A DNA stretch of 64,000 bases from Nageia nagi (GCA_050084985.1 JBITNC010000001.1:108252001-108316000); one strand, 5' to 3'; counted from the stretch's first letter, positions 37,301 to 50,758 are shown. A program made the numbers and translations. The notes: generated by a model from the letters alone, not told the origin.

Positions 37301-39746
37301 TTTTATAAATAATTCCTTTCTTACCATCAATAAACATGAGTAGTAAGTAACCAATACCATTCAATGATTGAATACTTTTTATCAAGTATCTAGATCCAGT
37401 ATTCAATGGAGGAAAACATCTTATTACATATAATCTATGTTTCCTTAGTCCAAATAGCTTGACAAATACAATTGGGACTAGATTATGCTAGGAGAATTTT
37501 TTAAATTTCTTGGCATTCCATTTACCTTTCAAGGTTTTCCTCTTGAGCTTTGGCAATATGTTATTTTTAAAGTGGAGGAAAATTTTGAATATTGGGTAGT
37601 AAAAAAACCTTTCTTTGGCAGGTAAATTTTAAATTTATTCCAAAGTACTTCAGTCTACCCATGTTTATTATTTGTCTTACTGGGTTGCTTCCTAAGAATG
37701 TTACAACAAATTGGAAAAGCTTATTCGAGACTTCCTCTGGTCTTCCATTTTGGATAAAAAGGTTTTCATAGAGTGGCTTGGTCTACTTGTTGTCACTTGC
37801 ATTTTATTGGAGGCATGGGGATGGTTGATTGCAAAAAATAAGGTTTAACCCTTTTAACTAAGTGGCTTATGTGAGCTTTCAAAGGAATGGAAGCCTGGAA
37901 AGTCCTTATCAAACATTTTATTTCTTCAGGTGTTCTACTCAATCGTAAAGTTTGGAAAGCAATGGATTTTCCTTCATTGGTAGTAGCTCCATTTTTCATC
38001 AAAATTCATGGTACTTTCATGATTAGAAGCATTTGGAAAACTTGGAAACAACTTAGTCCATGGATTTCTTGGAAAGGTGCTTGAAGCCATCCTAGGATTT
38101 ATCTCAACACACTCAATACATGGTGGTATTTTGTTATTTAAGTTAATCAAATGCCATTGGATAAAACTCCTTAGATTCATACTTAGAAATTTTTCAAATG
38201 AGTAGCCAATATTGCAAACTTTTATTCATAACAAATGAAAGATTAGATCCCTTAGGATTATTTCAAATGAATGTTCTGCTTGAACAATGAAAATAAAAGT
38301 ACTTATGATGCTATGATTGACAATGTTCCTTTTTCTATCTGGTGTAAAATTAGAGCTTGAGACCAAAAACCATGGTGGAAGGACTAGGCTTTGCATGGCA
38401 AAATCCTTTACGCCATTACAAGGATTGAAATGGTTATAATTACCTTACACTTGCTTTCACCATAGTTGCCCCACACAATTTTAAGTGGGATTTAATATCC
38501 ACTAATTCTCACTATAAAGTCATATTTCATGCCACTTAGGATCCTTATTTGGAACCAAAAAAATATTTTTTATATGGAGTATGATGTATCAAGGATTTTC
38601 TCTTAGTTCTCGACTAAAGCATTTAGGAACTCCAAATCCTAGTTGTGTTTTTTATCAAGAACCAGAGTCTTACCTTCATCTTTTTTGGTCTTATAGATGC
38701 TTTATTCTTTCTTGGGAGTGGGTAATATCATTCTTTTCTCTTTATTTCTTTGTACCTTTTACTTGGCATCATGCCTTATTAGGAGATCTAGTCATCTTCT
38801 TCCTTTCCTTATGAGATGTGTGGTAGATTTTTTGTATCAACCTTATTTTTTTTTTATTTATTTGGAAAGCTAGAAATAAAATTATTTTTAGCATGAAGAG
38901 CCCTTGATAACCTTTTCTCTAACTAGTTAGTTAGAAATCTTTTATGATATTCATTTGTAGATCCATGATCAATCCAAATCAAGATGGATGCAGAGCATTT
39001 AATAGAAATGATGGAATAATACCAAAGAATATACCTTTCATAGTTAGTCTCATACCTCCAAATAATTCCCTTATTGATCATTCTTAGGACATGCATGCTT
39101 GATATCGATCCCATTGGTGATCGTAATCATATGGATGATAAGCATCATATGAACAATCAAATCAACACTCTATCCAGATGTTACGAATTTAATGATCGTG
39201 ATGCCAACTTGTCTAGGCCCTTTAATCTGCATAGTGTGAGCTCCTCCTGCCCTCCTATTCCTACATCATTGAACCCCAATTAGGGATGAGATAATTTAGA
39301 TATTAATGAGGAGTATGTGGTGGGCTAGGGTATCCCTCTTGAGAAAACTGAGCACCATCTACCAAACTTTGACATGGCAGTAGGCCATGATGCATATGAC
39401 CCAACTTTATATAATGAAGGGAGGGTTAATGATGGTTGGGATTTATAGACCATATCAAAAAATACTTATCATCATATGGTGGAGACGAAGGAACCAATCT
39501 AGGAGGGAAGTTAGGCATTTTGTGTTTAATGAATATGGTTTTTTCTATTAAACAAACTTTAATGGTTTAGTGGTTAGTTGTGGTGCCTTTTGTCATGCTG
39601 GAACTTGACATGTGTAATGTTATGTTTGTATCTCTTTCCAATAATTAGGAAGGGTATTATTGGACTAGGGATGTATTCTCTGCTACCTACACCCTTTTGT
39701 TGTTAAAGCATTTATTTAATATAAAGTACCTTTTCATCAAAATAAA
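34342..39746 (+). mobile_element. LINE-C: L1-clade LINE (ORF1 ~34480-35745, ORF2 from 35748), no RNase H seen, RT core deleted
   Basis: Perfect 15-bp TSD AAAAGATATATTTAT at 34327-34341 and 39747-39761; 3' ATC + A-tract. ORF1 has FQPW..VWVEFSNLP and CFKF...HNIKDC. ORF2 has MIFLS*NVR, LQEVK, GDFNMVE, LDR, SYHLPI, GGMGMVD and CVFYQEPESYLHLFW. Confidence 0.92.
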
Positions 39747-40561
39747 AAAAGATATATTTATAAAATTATATATATCTTTTAATTTATTTTATTAAAATTT
39801 TTTTATATGATTTCAAAGAATGATTGCTTAAAAGTTATTAGATATAGCAATACCAAGAAATGAGATAGACTCCCCAAGAATGATATCTCTCAATGTTTTT
39901 TGATATATAAGAGATTATATCAAAGCTAGTTTATACAATTTTTTGAAATTCATTTATAAATAAATTATATATTTATTAAAATGCATTTATGAAAAAGATC
40001 ATATAATTATTTATATAATTTGCTGAAATGCATATATTTATATATTTTGCTAGAATGCATTAAAAAAAGAGAAGTCTTTCAAAATGGGAAGTTATTTTGA
40101 GATTACTTTTAATTAAGGGCAATAGATGTTATTGTTTATTGAATGGATAAGAAAATAATTACCTTGGATACTATATGTATTAATCCAATTCTTACTTGAA
40201 TAAGTATAAATAAAAAATGGGATATTACTTGTTAAACTCTTGAGATTGAATTATAAATTGATTATTATAGTACTAGTAAAGTGATAGATCTAACTTATGC
40301 ATTTACTTTCCTACAAATAGAATGTTGATGCTCTCTTGGAGATAATATTTATTTTAGGCAAGGATGCCTTTATAATTAGTACTACATTTCAAAATGTTCT
40401 TGTTTGAGCGATATCAAAATTAAGTTAGAGAATAATTTGATCCAATAAGATTTCTTATAATAAAACCCTATATTAGGTTATTATAGGTACGTGAGAGATT
40501 ATGAGACCACTTTAAGGAGAATTTAGCCTTCAATAATGTTATTATAAGACATAGAGGGATT

Positions 40562-42498
40562 TGTAATAGGATATTAGGATTTTTTTGAGAATGTGATGGG
40601 ATTGAAATAAGTACCATGTTAGAAATGACCTTGAAACTTAACCTTTATTTTAACGCAAGGAGGCATTAAATAAAAAGAGAACCTATAAGATAAATATGTA
40701 ACTTTATCTTGGGCAAGATATTATCATGAGGAGATGGTCATTCCTAGTTGAGGATGGCTTTGAGGATCAATAAGGACACATGATTCATAAAACCTACTTC
40801 ATGATTTAATTTAGATCTTCACACTTTGTTCATTTTAATGCTTGCGAAAATAAAAATGCACACCAAATCAAAAACACACAAAATAATGTACACATATAGT
40901 TACCCTGGTTCGATTGATATGGTCTACATTCAAAAAATAGCAGTCCATTATTGTAGATTTTATTTTACAATATCACTTGTATGATCCTTTTTGCTTCACT
41001 CTTTTGTTTGTCAAAGTCGAATCATATGATCATTGTAGGCTCTCCACTAAATCCCTTTCTTGAAGAAGACTCTCTTTTCAATGAAAGTCCTTGAGAATAG
41101 TTCCACGTATCTTATTAGAGATGGCATATTTAGAACTATCCTTTGTTTTTTTTCTTTTCATCATGGCAATTATGTCATCCACTTCTTTCTCCATGGAAAT
41201 AATATTATTCATGTTCTTTTTCTTCTTCTATGCAAGATTGAAATGTATCTCCAATATTACTCTCATGGTTTTGTTATTTTCCATGAAGTTTACAATCAAA
41301 TGGATTCTTCCACATTATTTTCAAACCTACACTAACTCCCTCTTGGGAGGAAATCCACGCTAAAGGACTTAACTTTTTTTCATACTCCATGTTCCCTTTT
41401 ATAACATTAAGGGATTTCAAATTTGGAGTTTATGGTTACATGGTGATAAGAAAATATTTATTATTTTTTCTCCTTTAAAATATGCTCTTATACTCACAAC
41501 AATAATCTCCCTCATTTGTATTCTTGTAGCATTGTTTGGGCCTCATATGGTTATATTTTCCTATCTTTTTAGATTTTGCAAAACAATCAAAACTACTTCT
41601 CGTGCCATTTTGACATGACCACAATTTCATGACCATAATTCTAAATGTTACAAAATTTCATCTAGGTGTTCTTGGATAAATTTATCTTAACTGGTATAAA
41701 TTTCATACTTTAAATCTTTATTGGTAACTTTAAGCATTGTCATCAAGTTAGCCTCCAACATAGATTTGCACCAGCTATCAAAATTTTGACTGTCATAACG
41801 TAGAATGATAATTTACCCTTTTGTGAGCACCATAACTTTCAAGTATTTAATCCAAATGTCTTAAAATTTTAACCACATGTTCACCATAATACGAGGTACC
41901 AATGATTCAAATTTCAAGCTATGAAGCAACCTGAGATGCTCCTGTTGAGTCCATAATTAGAGCCTTTCATGCATATTTTGCATTTTTTATATTTAACTCC
42001 AAATTTTAAAAAGCCATAACTTACAAACCATAACTTTGTCTTATTTACCATTTGAAGAATTGGAATAATGTAAGAGAGATATTTCACATGGAAGAGAATA
42101 ATTAACAAAATTATAAACATGAAAAATCACCTTTTTTTAAGACTTCGAAATCCATTTCGGGTCAACACATCTTACAGTAACCAGGTGGTTATCCATTTTT
42201 AAAAGAAGGCAATGCTAGTACTAATATTGCAAATATAATGCTGACATGTGACCATGCATCATCATTGGAGAATTAATGATGTTTATGATGATTCATAAGT
42301 AGATGACCTCACTAATTATCAAGACATGCACTAGCCTTAGCATAGAGTCATACTAAGTGTGTGGGTCTTAATATCATATGCAAGCTAAGGGAAATGCATA
42401 GTTCTCTATGAAATATGGGCCTTATAGATAAAATCTTAAAATACTATGATCGCATGTTCCTGTTAAATGTTTTTTAGTAAAATGGGGAGGTCATTACA
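40562..42498 (+). repeat. Possible older LTR (TGTAAT...ATTACA) hosting the solo LTR at 40781
   Basis: Inverted 6-bp termini, a purine tract to the left and TTGGTAT to the right. No second copy and no TSD. Confidence 0.3.
40781..42164 (-). mobile_element. Solo LTR related to the 24210-27782 LTRs
   Basis: TGATTC...GGGTCA; perfect 5-bp TSD ACACA at 40776-40780 and 42165-42169. 40800-41530 and the last ~45 bp align with the LTRs at 24210 and 26339. Confidence 0.9.
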
Positions 42499-43439
42499 TT
42501 GGTATTTACTAATGGGATATCTGAGGAAGTAAACCTAAAACATTGAGAAGGTTGGCCACCTTTTAACCCCTTGAATGATCATTTGCATTGATTATGAACT
42601 AAGTAGATATGACTAATTAACTATTATGTATTTTAGTTCTCGAACTTATGAACATATTATATGTAAAAAAAAATTTATTTCCTTCCAAGGTCAAAAAAAG
42701 AGGGCTATGATAAATAATTACATATATGATTTTACTGATTCTATTAATGTGATGATGATAAGATATTTGATGATGTTGATGTGTACTTATTTATTTTCAT
42801 GAGCATATGGATTTGTAGATGTTTAATTTCATGATATAATTTAATAAATAATATATTTAATGATGAAAATAAGATGGAAACAAATTGATTTGATAATAAT
42901 GATAATTTATGATTGATAAAATAGATATAATCAATATAACCACAAAAAGGAAACCAAATAGGTTTGAGGAAATAAACACATCATAATAAGCAAAACTTCA
43001 AAATTTACACATTCACGAATAGCAAAAAAAAAATTCCTAGATTGAGATTGATAGTTTTTTGCAAAATTTTTCAAATGACCTGAAAGGCAAACTTTGAGTA
43101 TTGATAATAAGCAAATGTGATGCTAGATTGATGAGCAAAAAGATGTACTTGATTGTTGATAATAAAATCTAATTGCAAGAATATATGATTGTAAAATTGG
43201 ATGTGATTTGGTTAATTTTTGAAGTTGAAATCATTTACAAATTTGATTTTTGATTTGCAAAAACTCAATCTCTTATTTATATTAAAAATGGAGATTTCAA
43301 GGATCATTTACCTTTAAAATAATTGGAAGTATTAAATTGATTAAAACCAAAACAAGATTTCCATACTATGGATATAAGGGAATAGGCCATCATTGGCTAT
43401 TACAAAATAATATTGAGATAATCCTTAAAACAATAGTGT

Positions 43440-45650
43440 CAAGATACCTTAAGAAGATTCAAGAATCCTTATTTTGGAGTTTCCTCGAGGGAGAACCCTT
43501 CTTATGGATATAATTTTTTAGTTCCTTGAACATGAAAATAGTTTCCTTAGAGGAATATAAGGTGAGCTTGATGAGGCATGGATTATCCTTGATAGCTTCC
43601 TCCATGCTTTTCAATTGGATTTGTTGTGCTTTTGTAGTAAAAGTTGACTTTTTCCTTTTCAACTTCTTTCCTACAGGAGTTGCAATAGGTGATTTAGAGT
43701 TCTTTTTCTTTGAGTATGAGTCATTAGATCCATCTATGTTATTGTCAAAGACCTTTATTAGAGATTCCTTCTATCATTTTAATCTTCATTGAGAACCCTC
43801 CTTGATAATTTCTTTCCTCTTAGAAGAGGTTAGGTACATACCATCCATATTTTTTACTTATTGAGGCATATCTCTTCACATCTAAGAAGGAAGGGTCCTT
43901 AGTTTCCTTCGATGTTTCCTCCTATTCGAGTGATTTCTTATCTTCACTAAGATCTTATGCAATAAGATTTATTGGATATGAATCGGCCATCATATTAAAT
44001 CAAAGGAGGCCTTTGATCTTGAGTCCAACTTGCCCGAAGAAGAGTATATAAATAGTTTATTGTATCTTAGTTTAGTTGTTGCCCACTTAGCTTCCTCGTG
44101 TTACACTACCATAGTAGTTTCTCCATCAACTACAATATAAAAAAGAGATTTTTATAAGTTGGTTCCCTTGAATATGGTCCATGAAGCCCATGTGAATGCT
44201 CCTCATAATGTCTTTGTAATGAATTAAATAAAACTAACATATATTTACCCCAAAATTTAGGATTTTTTTTATAAATGTTATACCCATAATAAGTTATGAA
44301 GTGGGTAAGAGCGATCCACATTGAGCCTTAAATATCATTAGTTAGTTCAACACTCAAGTGGTCCATATTGATCAATCTTGCATTATTAGTTTACTAGAGT
44401 TCACTTTCTTAACAACACCATCTATTAGGGAAGATTCCAAATAATGATCCCTCCATTACAACTCAAATCACCCAAAATATGGCCCATTTTATCATGACGT
44501 TAATTAGTTTTTATCTTGGGGTCCATATCATCTAAGATAGTACACTTTCAAAGATTATTCATCCTCACCCATGAATAACCCTCCACATCCATGATGTGGG
44601 TACAAAACATTTCCCATGGAACAATCCTCATATTTGTTTACTTCTTTATGTAGAGAAATGACTACTACCTTATGTCATCACCCTACATAGGTATACATTT
44701 CTTGATCATTACCCCTTGTCATCTACCAAAAATGGATATAAGTTACTAGTTTGCCCATATCTATTGAATAGTCCTAACATTTGTCTTTTGATACCCTCCT
44801 TTCCAATATTCATTAAGGAGTATCAAGACGAAGTATGATAGCATCACTTGCTAACCATATCCAAGGTGTTTTAGTTCATCTAAGTAATTTTTTAAGAGGG
44901 ATAAGGACTAGTTATGATTAGAAACTTTCCATCTAATCATATACCTAGCTAATAATGAATAACAAGAAGTCATATATAAGGTTCTATACTTATTTATTAT
45001 TGTTTTATCAAAAGGAACTATGATATAAATTTACCAAACCATATTCTATCTAGTAACCTATGGTTTGAAATAATCATGTGTCAATAAAAATATGATCTTT
45101 CCATTATTTAAAATATTCATTCATTAAACTATAAATCATATTAACAACTACTAACATTGTCATGAGTGCAATCAAATCTAGATTCTCTTCAATCATACTT
45201 AATTTCAAAATTAGATAGTATTTACAATTGTAGAAGTTACTCCATTTATCCATTTCTTAAACCACGAACGTAAATATCATAAATTTTACAACCTCGTAAA
45301 ATATAATCATAATTCGTACATTATTTTAACCATTCATAGAGTATCACACCAATACAATCATTTATCAAAAGATACCATATTTGATTAATGTGAGAACCTC
45401 TTAATGTAAGTTTAAGAAGGAAAACCCATGTACCTTTACCTTGAAAATGATCAATTTATTTATTTCATAAGAACAATGCATAAATCTACATAGAGTATTC
45501 TTTAAATCACTTTTTCGTTTTAATTCAATGGTTAATTAATAATAATATAATTAAATTACTTAATTATATTATTCAAACTATTGGTATAACCTTTCATTAA
45601 AAACTATGTTCACTTTGCAAACTTAATCCTTTTAAAATAAAGATATAATA
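43440..45650 (-). mobile_element. Decayed LTR-retrotransposon 5' part (gag-like remnant, leader, partial PBS ~45371-45377, LTR edge TGTGAGA at 45389)
   Basis: GATACCA (minus-strand TGGTATC) near a TG boundary; K/E-rich coding-like remnants at 43459-44320. No diagnostic motif. Confidence 0.3.
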
Positions 45651-45734
45651 TTTTTTTTTTGATGCAGTTGGAAGATGGATTTTTTACTCTAATACTAACT
45701 AGTTAGAACTTCCCGAGAATAGGTGGAATATATT

Positions 45735-46425
45735 ACTACATAACAATCCTCCAACTGTTTAAGAAAACAAAAACAAACTTCACTTGACGTGTTTTCTCGA
45801 AACTCCTTCCTTCCTTAACCTCCTGGCCTTCCTCAGGGTCGGACCATTTAATCAAATCCATGGTACCCATTTTCCTGGCTACATGTATGAAAATCATCAG
45901 GATAAGCCCATGGTGCAGAACTTCCCCGCCCTTACTCTTCTAGAAGTCCTCCACCACCTTGTCCAATTCAGCATATAAGAACGCCAGGATATTCAGTTTA
46001 AATCCTTTCAGATGATTTACAAGCCCGAAATGGAAGCTCCTCATCCAAACATTAGAATTATCCAAGGTAACAAATTGCAATATTATCCTTGCAATTTCTG
46101 GCCACGGTTCAGGCAGAGAAACCATGGCCACAATTCCCTACTTTTCTCTCGATAGCTCCATCCCTCCTTTGCAGAATTTGCCGAGTTCCAACTTGAGATA
46201 TGGTTGTCTCGTCGAATAACGTCACCCACAAAATAAAGCCCACTCACTTTGGAAAGCATTTTTTGGTTGACTTAAAAGGAGATGCCATACACCTTTACCG
46301 CCCCTCCTTGCCATCTCTCCAGAAACTGTCTTGAAATGTCCTGCGACCGTCAGGGAAACATCAAGTTTTCTTGGTTCCAACTTGAGTTCGTGACCCTCCG
46401 TATCCTATTTTCATTTTGGAGCCAT
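45735..46425 (-). pseudogene. LINE-B ORF3 (unknown function)
   Basis: MAPK*K*DTEGHELKLEP...SQDISRQFLERWQGGAVKVYGISF*VNQKMLSKVSGL...LPEPWPEIARIILQFVTLD...FHFGLVNHLKGFKLNILAFLYAEL...GEVLHHGLILMIF (includes track ORF 45940-46131; frameshifts needed). Confidence 0.72.
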
Positions 46426-46621
46426 TAGAGCCTTTGTCTACATAGAGTTTACCACCTGAAAACTACCACTAGCGAAGACAATAACCACTACGCTGCGGCC
46501 TTGAAATAACTCCCCATCATCTTCCTTTCTAGAAAAATATGCCGTGCTCGGCCTCTGAGACTAAAAAAACTCTTCGCTCATCCTACCAGCCCGTAAGCCC
46601 AGACTACGAAGATGACCCTTC

Positions 46622-46694
46622 CAACGAACTCTGTACCCATCTTCCTCATCATAACTCTGTAGCGAGGTGAGGAAGATGGGTACAGAGTTCGTTG
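46622..46694. repeat. Perfect 27-bp inverted repeat with a 19-nt loop
   Basis: CAACGAACTCTGTACCCATCTTCCTCA (46622-46648) and its exact reverse complement (46668-46694). Confidence 0.95.
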
Positions 46695-49600
46695 CATTTA
46701 GCGAGGCAATTTGCTTCCCGATAATTATGCTTGATTTTCGCTTCCACCAAATCCTCAATCATCTTCCTAGAATCCGTAATGATAGGCACAATCTCCCAGC
46801 TCAGAGGTATCAACCCTTTAAGCATATTAACAATATTCAACGAGTCCCCAATGATTAACACTCTGAAGTAGTTAAGACGATTTAGATTGGCTAAGCTGAT
46901 GAACACCGCACGAGCTTTGGAAAAATGACTCATCTGCCACCCCAATGGTTCTGCCATGATCAGTTTTGACTTTCCCCATGTGATATCTTACAACTCCTGC
47001 TGCTCTCGCTGTCCCTGGGTTCCCTTTTGAGGATCCATAAAAGGTATTGGCAGGTGAACCTAATGAGCAAACTTCCTCAGATGTTGATCACCTGGATGTA
47101 CATTCCTCTTCAAACCCCAAATTGCAGAGGATTGACAACTCCCTCGATGATTCCCACCCATCTTTCACTTCAAATTTTTCAAGATTTTCCTTGATGAAGT
47201 TAAAAATATTTAAGGCAATTCGAGTGGCCAGAGAAGAGATTTCCTGAAACACTCTACTGTTCCTTTCCTTCCAGATACCCCATAAAATATGTGGCGAGCT
47301 AAGATCCCATAGCCGCCGCAGCCGGGTACTGAAGAAGGGGCACTTCCACTGTAGGAACAAGTCAGTAACCGTTCTAGGAACCACCCAGGTAGATTGAAAG
47401 TGAAGTAAAACCAGGCGAAAGACTTCGCTTGAGAAATCACAATGAATAAGCAAGTGATTAACCAATTCCTCCTAGCTCTGGCAAAGAATGCACCTGTTAG
47501 CCAAACTAAAATCCCTCTTCCTCAGGTTGTCCAGCGTTAGGATTTTGAATTGAGTAGCAACCTAGGAAAAGAAGCCTATCTTAGGGATAAGATTTTTGAT
47601 CCAAACATTCCTAGCTAACTCCCACTTGGGGATCCCAGCAGTCAAGCATTTGTTATCCGATCACACCATATACAAGCCATGCTTCTCTCCTCCCCAGACT
47701 GTAGAATCCTCCTTACCGGGAGATAGAGTATAGACTTTTAACATGAGATTAAAAGTGAATAACACCTTCTTTTGAGGCTCTTGAAGCTGATCCAAGCTCA
47801 AGTACGTCCATGATATACCTTCCTCTACAGAAATATAGTTATGGACCATGCTTCCATATTTGTAAATAAGCTTTCTCTTGAGAGTTGCAAACTCCACATG
47901 CTCAGTAAGAGGAGTTTTCAACAACCACCTATCCCTCCAAAACTTTACATTCCTCCCATTTCCGAAAATCCAACTTTTTTGATTATTGAGAAACACTCTA
48001 GTGTGTTGAAGACCATTCCAGAAAGCCAAGCCCAACCTAGGATTAGCATCTTCCAAGAAAGAGAATTTGGGGATGTATTTTGCTTTAAGAATCATGGTCC
48101 ACGAAATGGTCGTTTCTGAGATCAGTTTCATTCCAACTTCCCCATAAAAGCCAAGTTCATAGTTTTCAAATCCGTGACTCCTATCCCTTCTTGAGCGTAT
48201 ATTCTACAAACCCTTTTCTAGGTCACCGGGGCCATTCTATTTCTTTCCTCAACCCCAGTCCATAAAAAGTCCCTTTGAATTTAAATAATCTTTTCAAGCA
48301 CCTTTGCTAGGAGCTTGAAAATGGATATATAGTAAACTAGCAAGCTTTGCAACGCTGACTTAATCAATTGAAGTTTACCGACTTGGCTGAGTAAGGTCCC
48401 TTTCCAGCCTGCCAATTTCTTAGCAAATCTTTCTATTACCGGGCCCCACAATGATTCTTTCATCCCTCCTATGAAAAACGAGATGCCAAGATACTTAGTG
48501 GGCAGTTCTTCTATAGTGCAGTGGAAGATGATGGCCACCTTTAATTGAACCTTTTGCCTACATTTAGAAAAAATAACTTTCTCTTTGCAAAGTTTATATT
48601 TTGACCAGATACCTCCTTGTACAAGTCAAGGATTCTTTTAACTCTACAAGCTTGGGGAATCGATGTTTTGGTTGTAATCAAGGTGTCATCCATAAATTGC
48701 TTGTAGGATGTGGGTGGGAGATCCCTAGTCAATGAAATGCCCTCAATCTGACCAAGGTGAATCTCCTTCTGAATGCTCCTTCCCAAAGTCTCCATGATAA
48801 TGAAGAGAAAGGGATAAAAAGGGTCCCCTTGACGAAGACCACGCTTCCACGGAAAGTAACTGATCGCTGCTCCATTGATGAGCATAGAAAAGAAGGTGGT
48901 TGAAATATATTCTTTGATGAGGGTAAGCCAATCCTCTCTGAAGCTAAACTTTCCCATAACATTAAGGAGAAAAGACTAGTACACTCTATCATAGGCTTTA
49001 CTAACGTTGAGTTTCAGGAGCATGCCATACCTATTTGATTTGCAAGCCGAATGAGTAACTTCATGGATCGTAATGATCCCATACAAGATTTTCCTCCCAT
49101 GAACAAAGCCTCCCTGATGAGTACTGATAATACAAGGAAGGATAGTTTTTAACTTGTTTGCCACCACCTTCGACATAATTTTATAAAGCAAATTACAGAG
49201 ACTTATAGGACGATACTTACCAAAAGAGATGGCATCCGTCTCCTTAGGTAATAGAGAAATGAAGATTGAGTCCTTTGGCATAAGCCTCATCCTTTGGAAC
49301 TCTTGGATAGCAAACACGATATCATTGCTTATAATCTCCCACAAGGTCTGCAAGAAACAACCAGGAAAACCATCCGGTCCTGGATCCTTGGAACCCCCCA
49401 TCTCAAAGACCTTCGCTTGGATCTCCTTATCCCCAAACTTGCTCCCCAAAAAATCATTGAGTCTCTCATTTAGGAGGTTTGGAATATTAGTAAGAATCTT
49501 GTTTGCTGCCCTTCTTCTGGATCAAGAGTCCTGGCTAATAAGATCTAGGAAAAAGGAGATACTTGCCTCCCTAACTCTAGCCTCATCCCTGGTATCGGAC

Positions 49601-50758
49601 CCGTCTATGCAATGAATCTCCCTGATTTTGTTGCACATGCAGTGTATGAGGGTAGAAACATGAAAAAAATTGTATTCCGATCCCTTTCTTTCAACCAAGA
49701 GATCCAAGATTTCTGTTTCCACATTATTTCCTCCTGCTCCAACGTTCTATTCAAATTTTCAAGTGTCTCCTATTCCTTAAGCCTGAGATCTTCAGAAAGA
49801 TCATTATATTGGATTTGAGTTTCAAGGTATCTTAATTGGGCCTAAAGGTCCTCTTTCCTTCTGTTAATCAGGCCAAAGGTTTTCCTATTCCAGACCTTTA
49901 GATTTTTTTTAACAATTATCAATTTCTTAGCAACCTGAGTTAAAAGTGAACCCGAGAAAGCCTGTTGCCGCTGGACCAGAATGTTGCCTTCCAGACTTTC
50001 ATGAGTTAACCACATTTTCTCAAAATGGAAGGGGGCATTAGCAAAACTTCTTTGCTCTTGCATCTCTCAAAAAAGATGGTTATGGTCGGAGGCTATCTTA
50101 GGATAGTCTGTATGAGTGGAATCTCCCAACCGATCGATATAGTCCTGAGAGATGAAGACTCTATCCAATTTCTCTTGAATATTCCCCTTGCATCTACCAT
50201 TCGTCCAAGTGAATTTCAATATCCTGAGCTCAACATCCATCAACTTACTCTTAAGAACAAACTCTGAGAAGTTTTTCATACCATCAGTAAAGCCTTCCAT
50301 CCCTCCTTGTTTCTCCGAAGGGTAAAGGGAAGCATTGAAATCTCCTGCCACTATCTAGCATAACCCCTAGAAAGCCTCTCTTATCTGAGTCAAGGAGGAC
50401 CACAAAATTCTCCTCCCAGCCGAGGTAGTGGAAGCGTACACGTTAGTAACCAACATCAGCTCTTTGGTGTCCAAAAGAGTGAAAAGAATAGAACAAAAAT
50501 ATTAGATAGCAACAATCACATCCACCTACAACTTGTTCTTTTCCCATAAACATAAGATACCTTGTGATTTACCAACTGCATTGACCGCCGCATAACTAGC
50601 CTCCCTCCAAAGAATATTTTTGATAGCTCTCTTTCCCTTTTGAAATTTTAGTTTCTTGCAAAAGAATTAGATCAGGTTTCAAGTCTCTCCTTAGAGTGGA
50701 AAAAATTCTGTCTTTTAGGAGTACAGATCCCCCTCACGTTCCAAGAGAGGATTCTCAC
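46695..50758 (-). pseudogene. LINE-B ORF2 (APE endonuclease, RT, zf-RVT, RNase H)
   Basis: RILSWNVRG; GDFNA; KLDRVF; SDH; FHFEKMW; KDPGPDG; YRPISLCN; KAYDRV; GLRQGDP; QFMDDT; KYLG; FWRDRW; NHLLIHC; WGIWKERNSRVF; IIGDS...HNYREAN. Confidence 0.95.
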
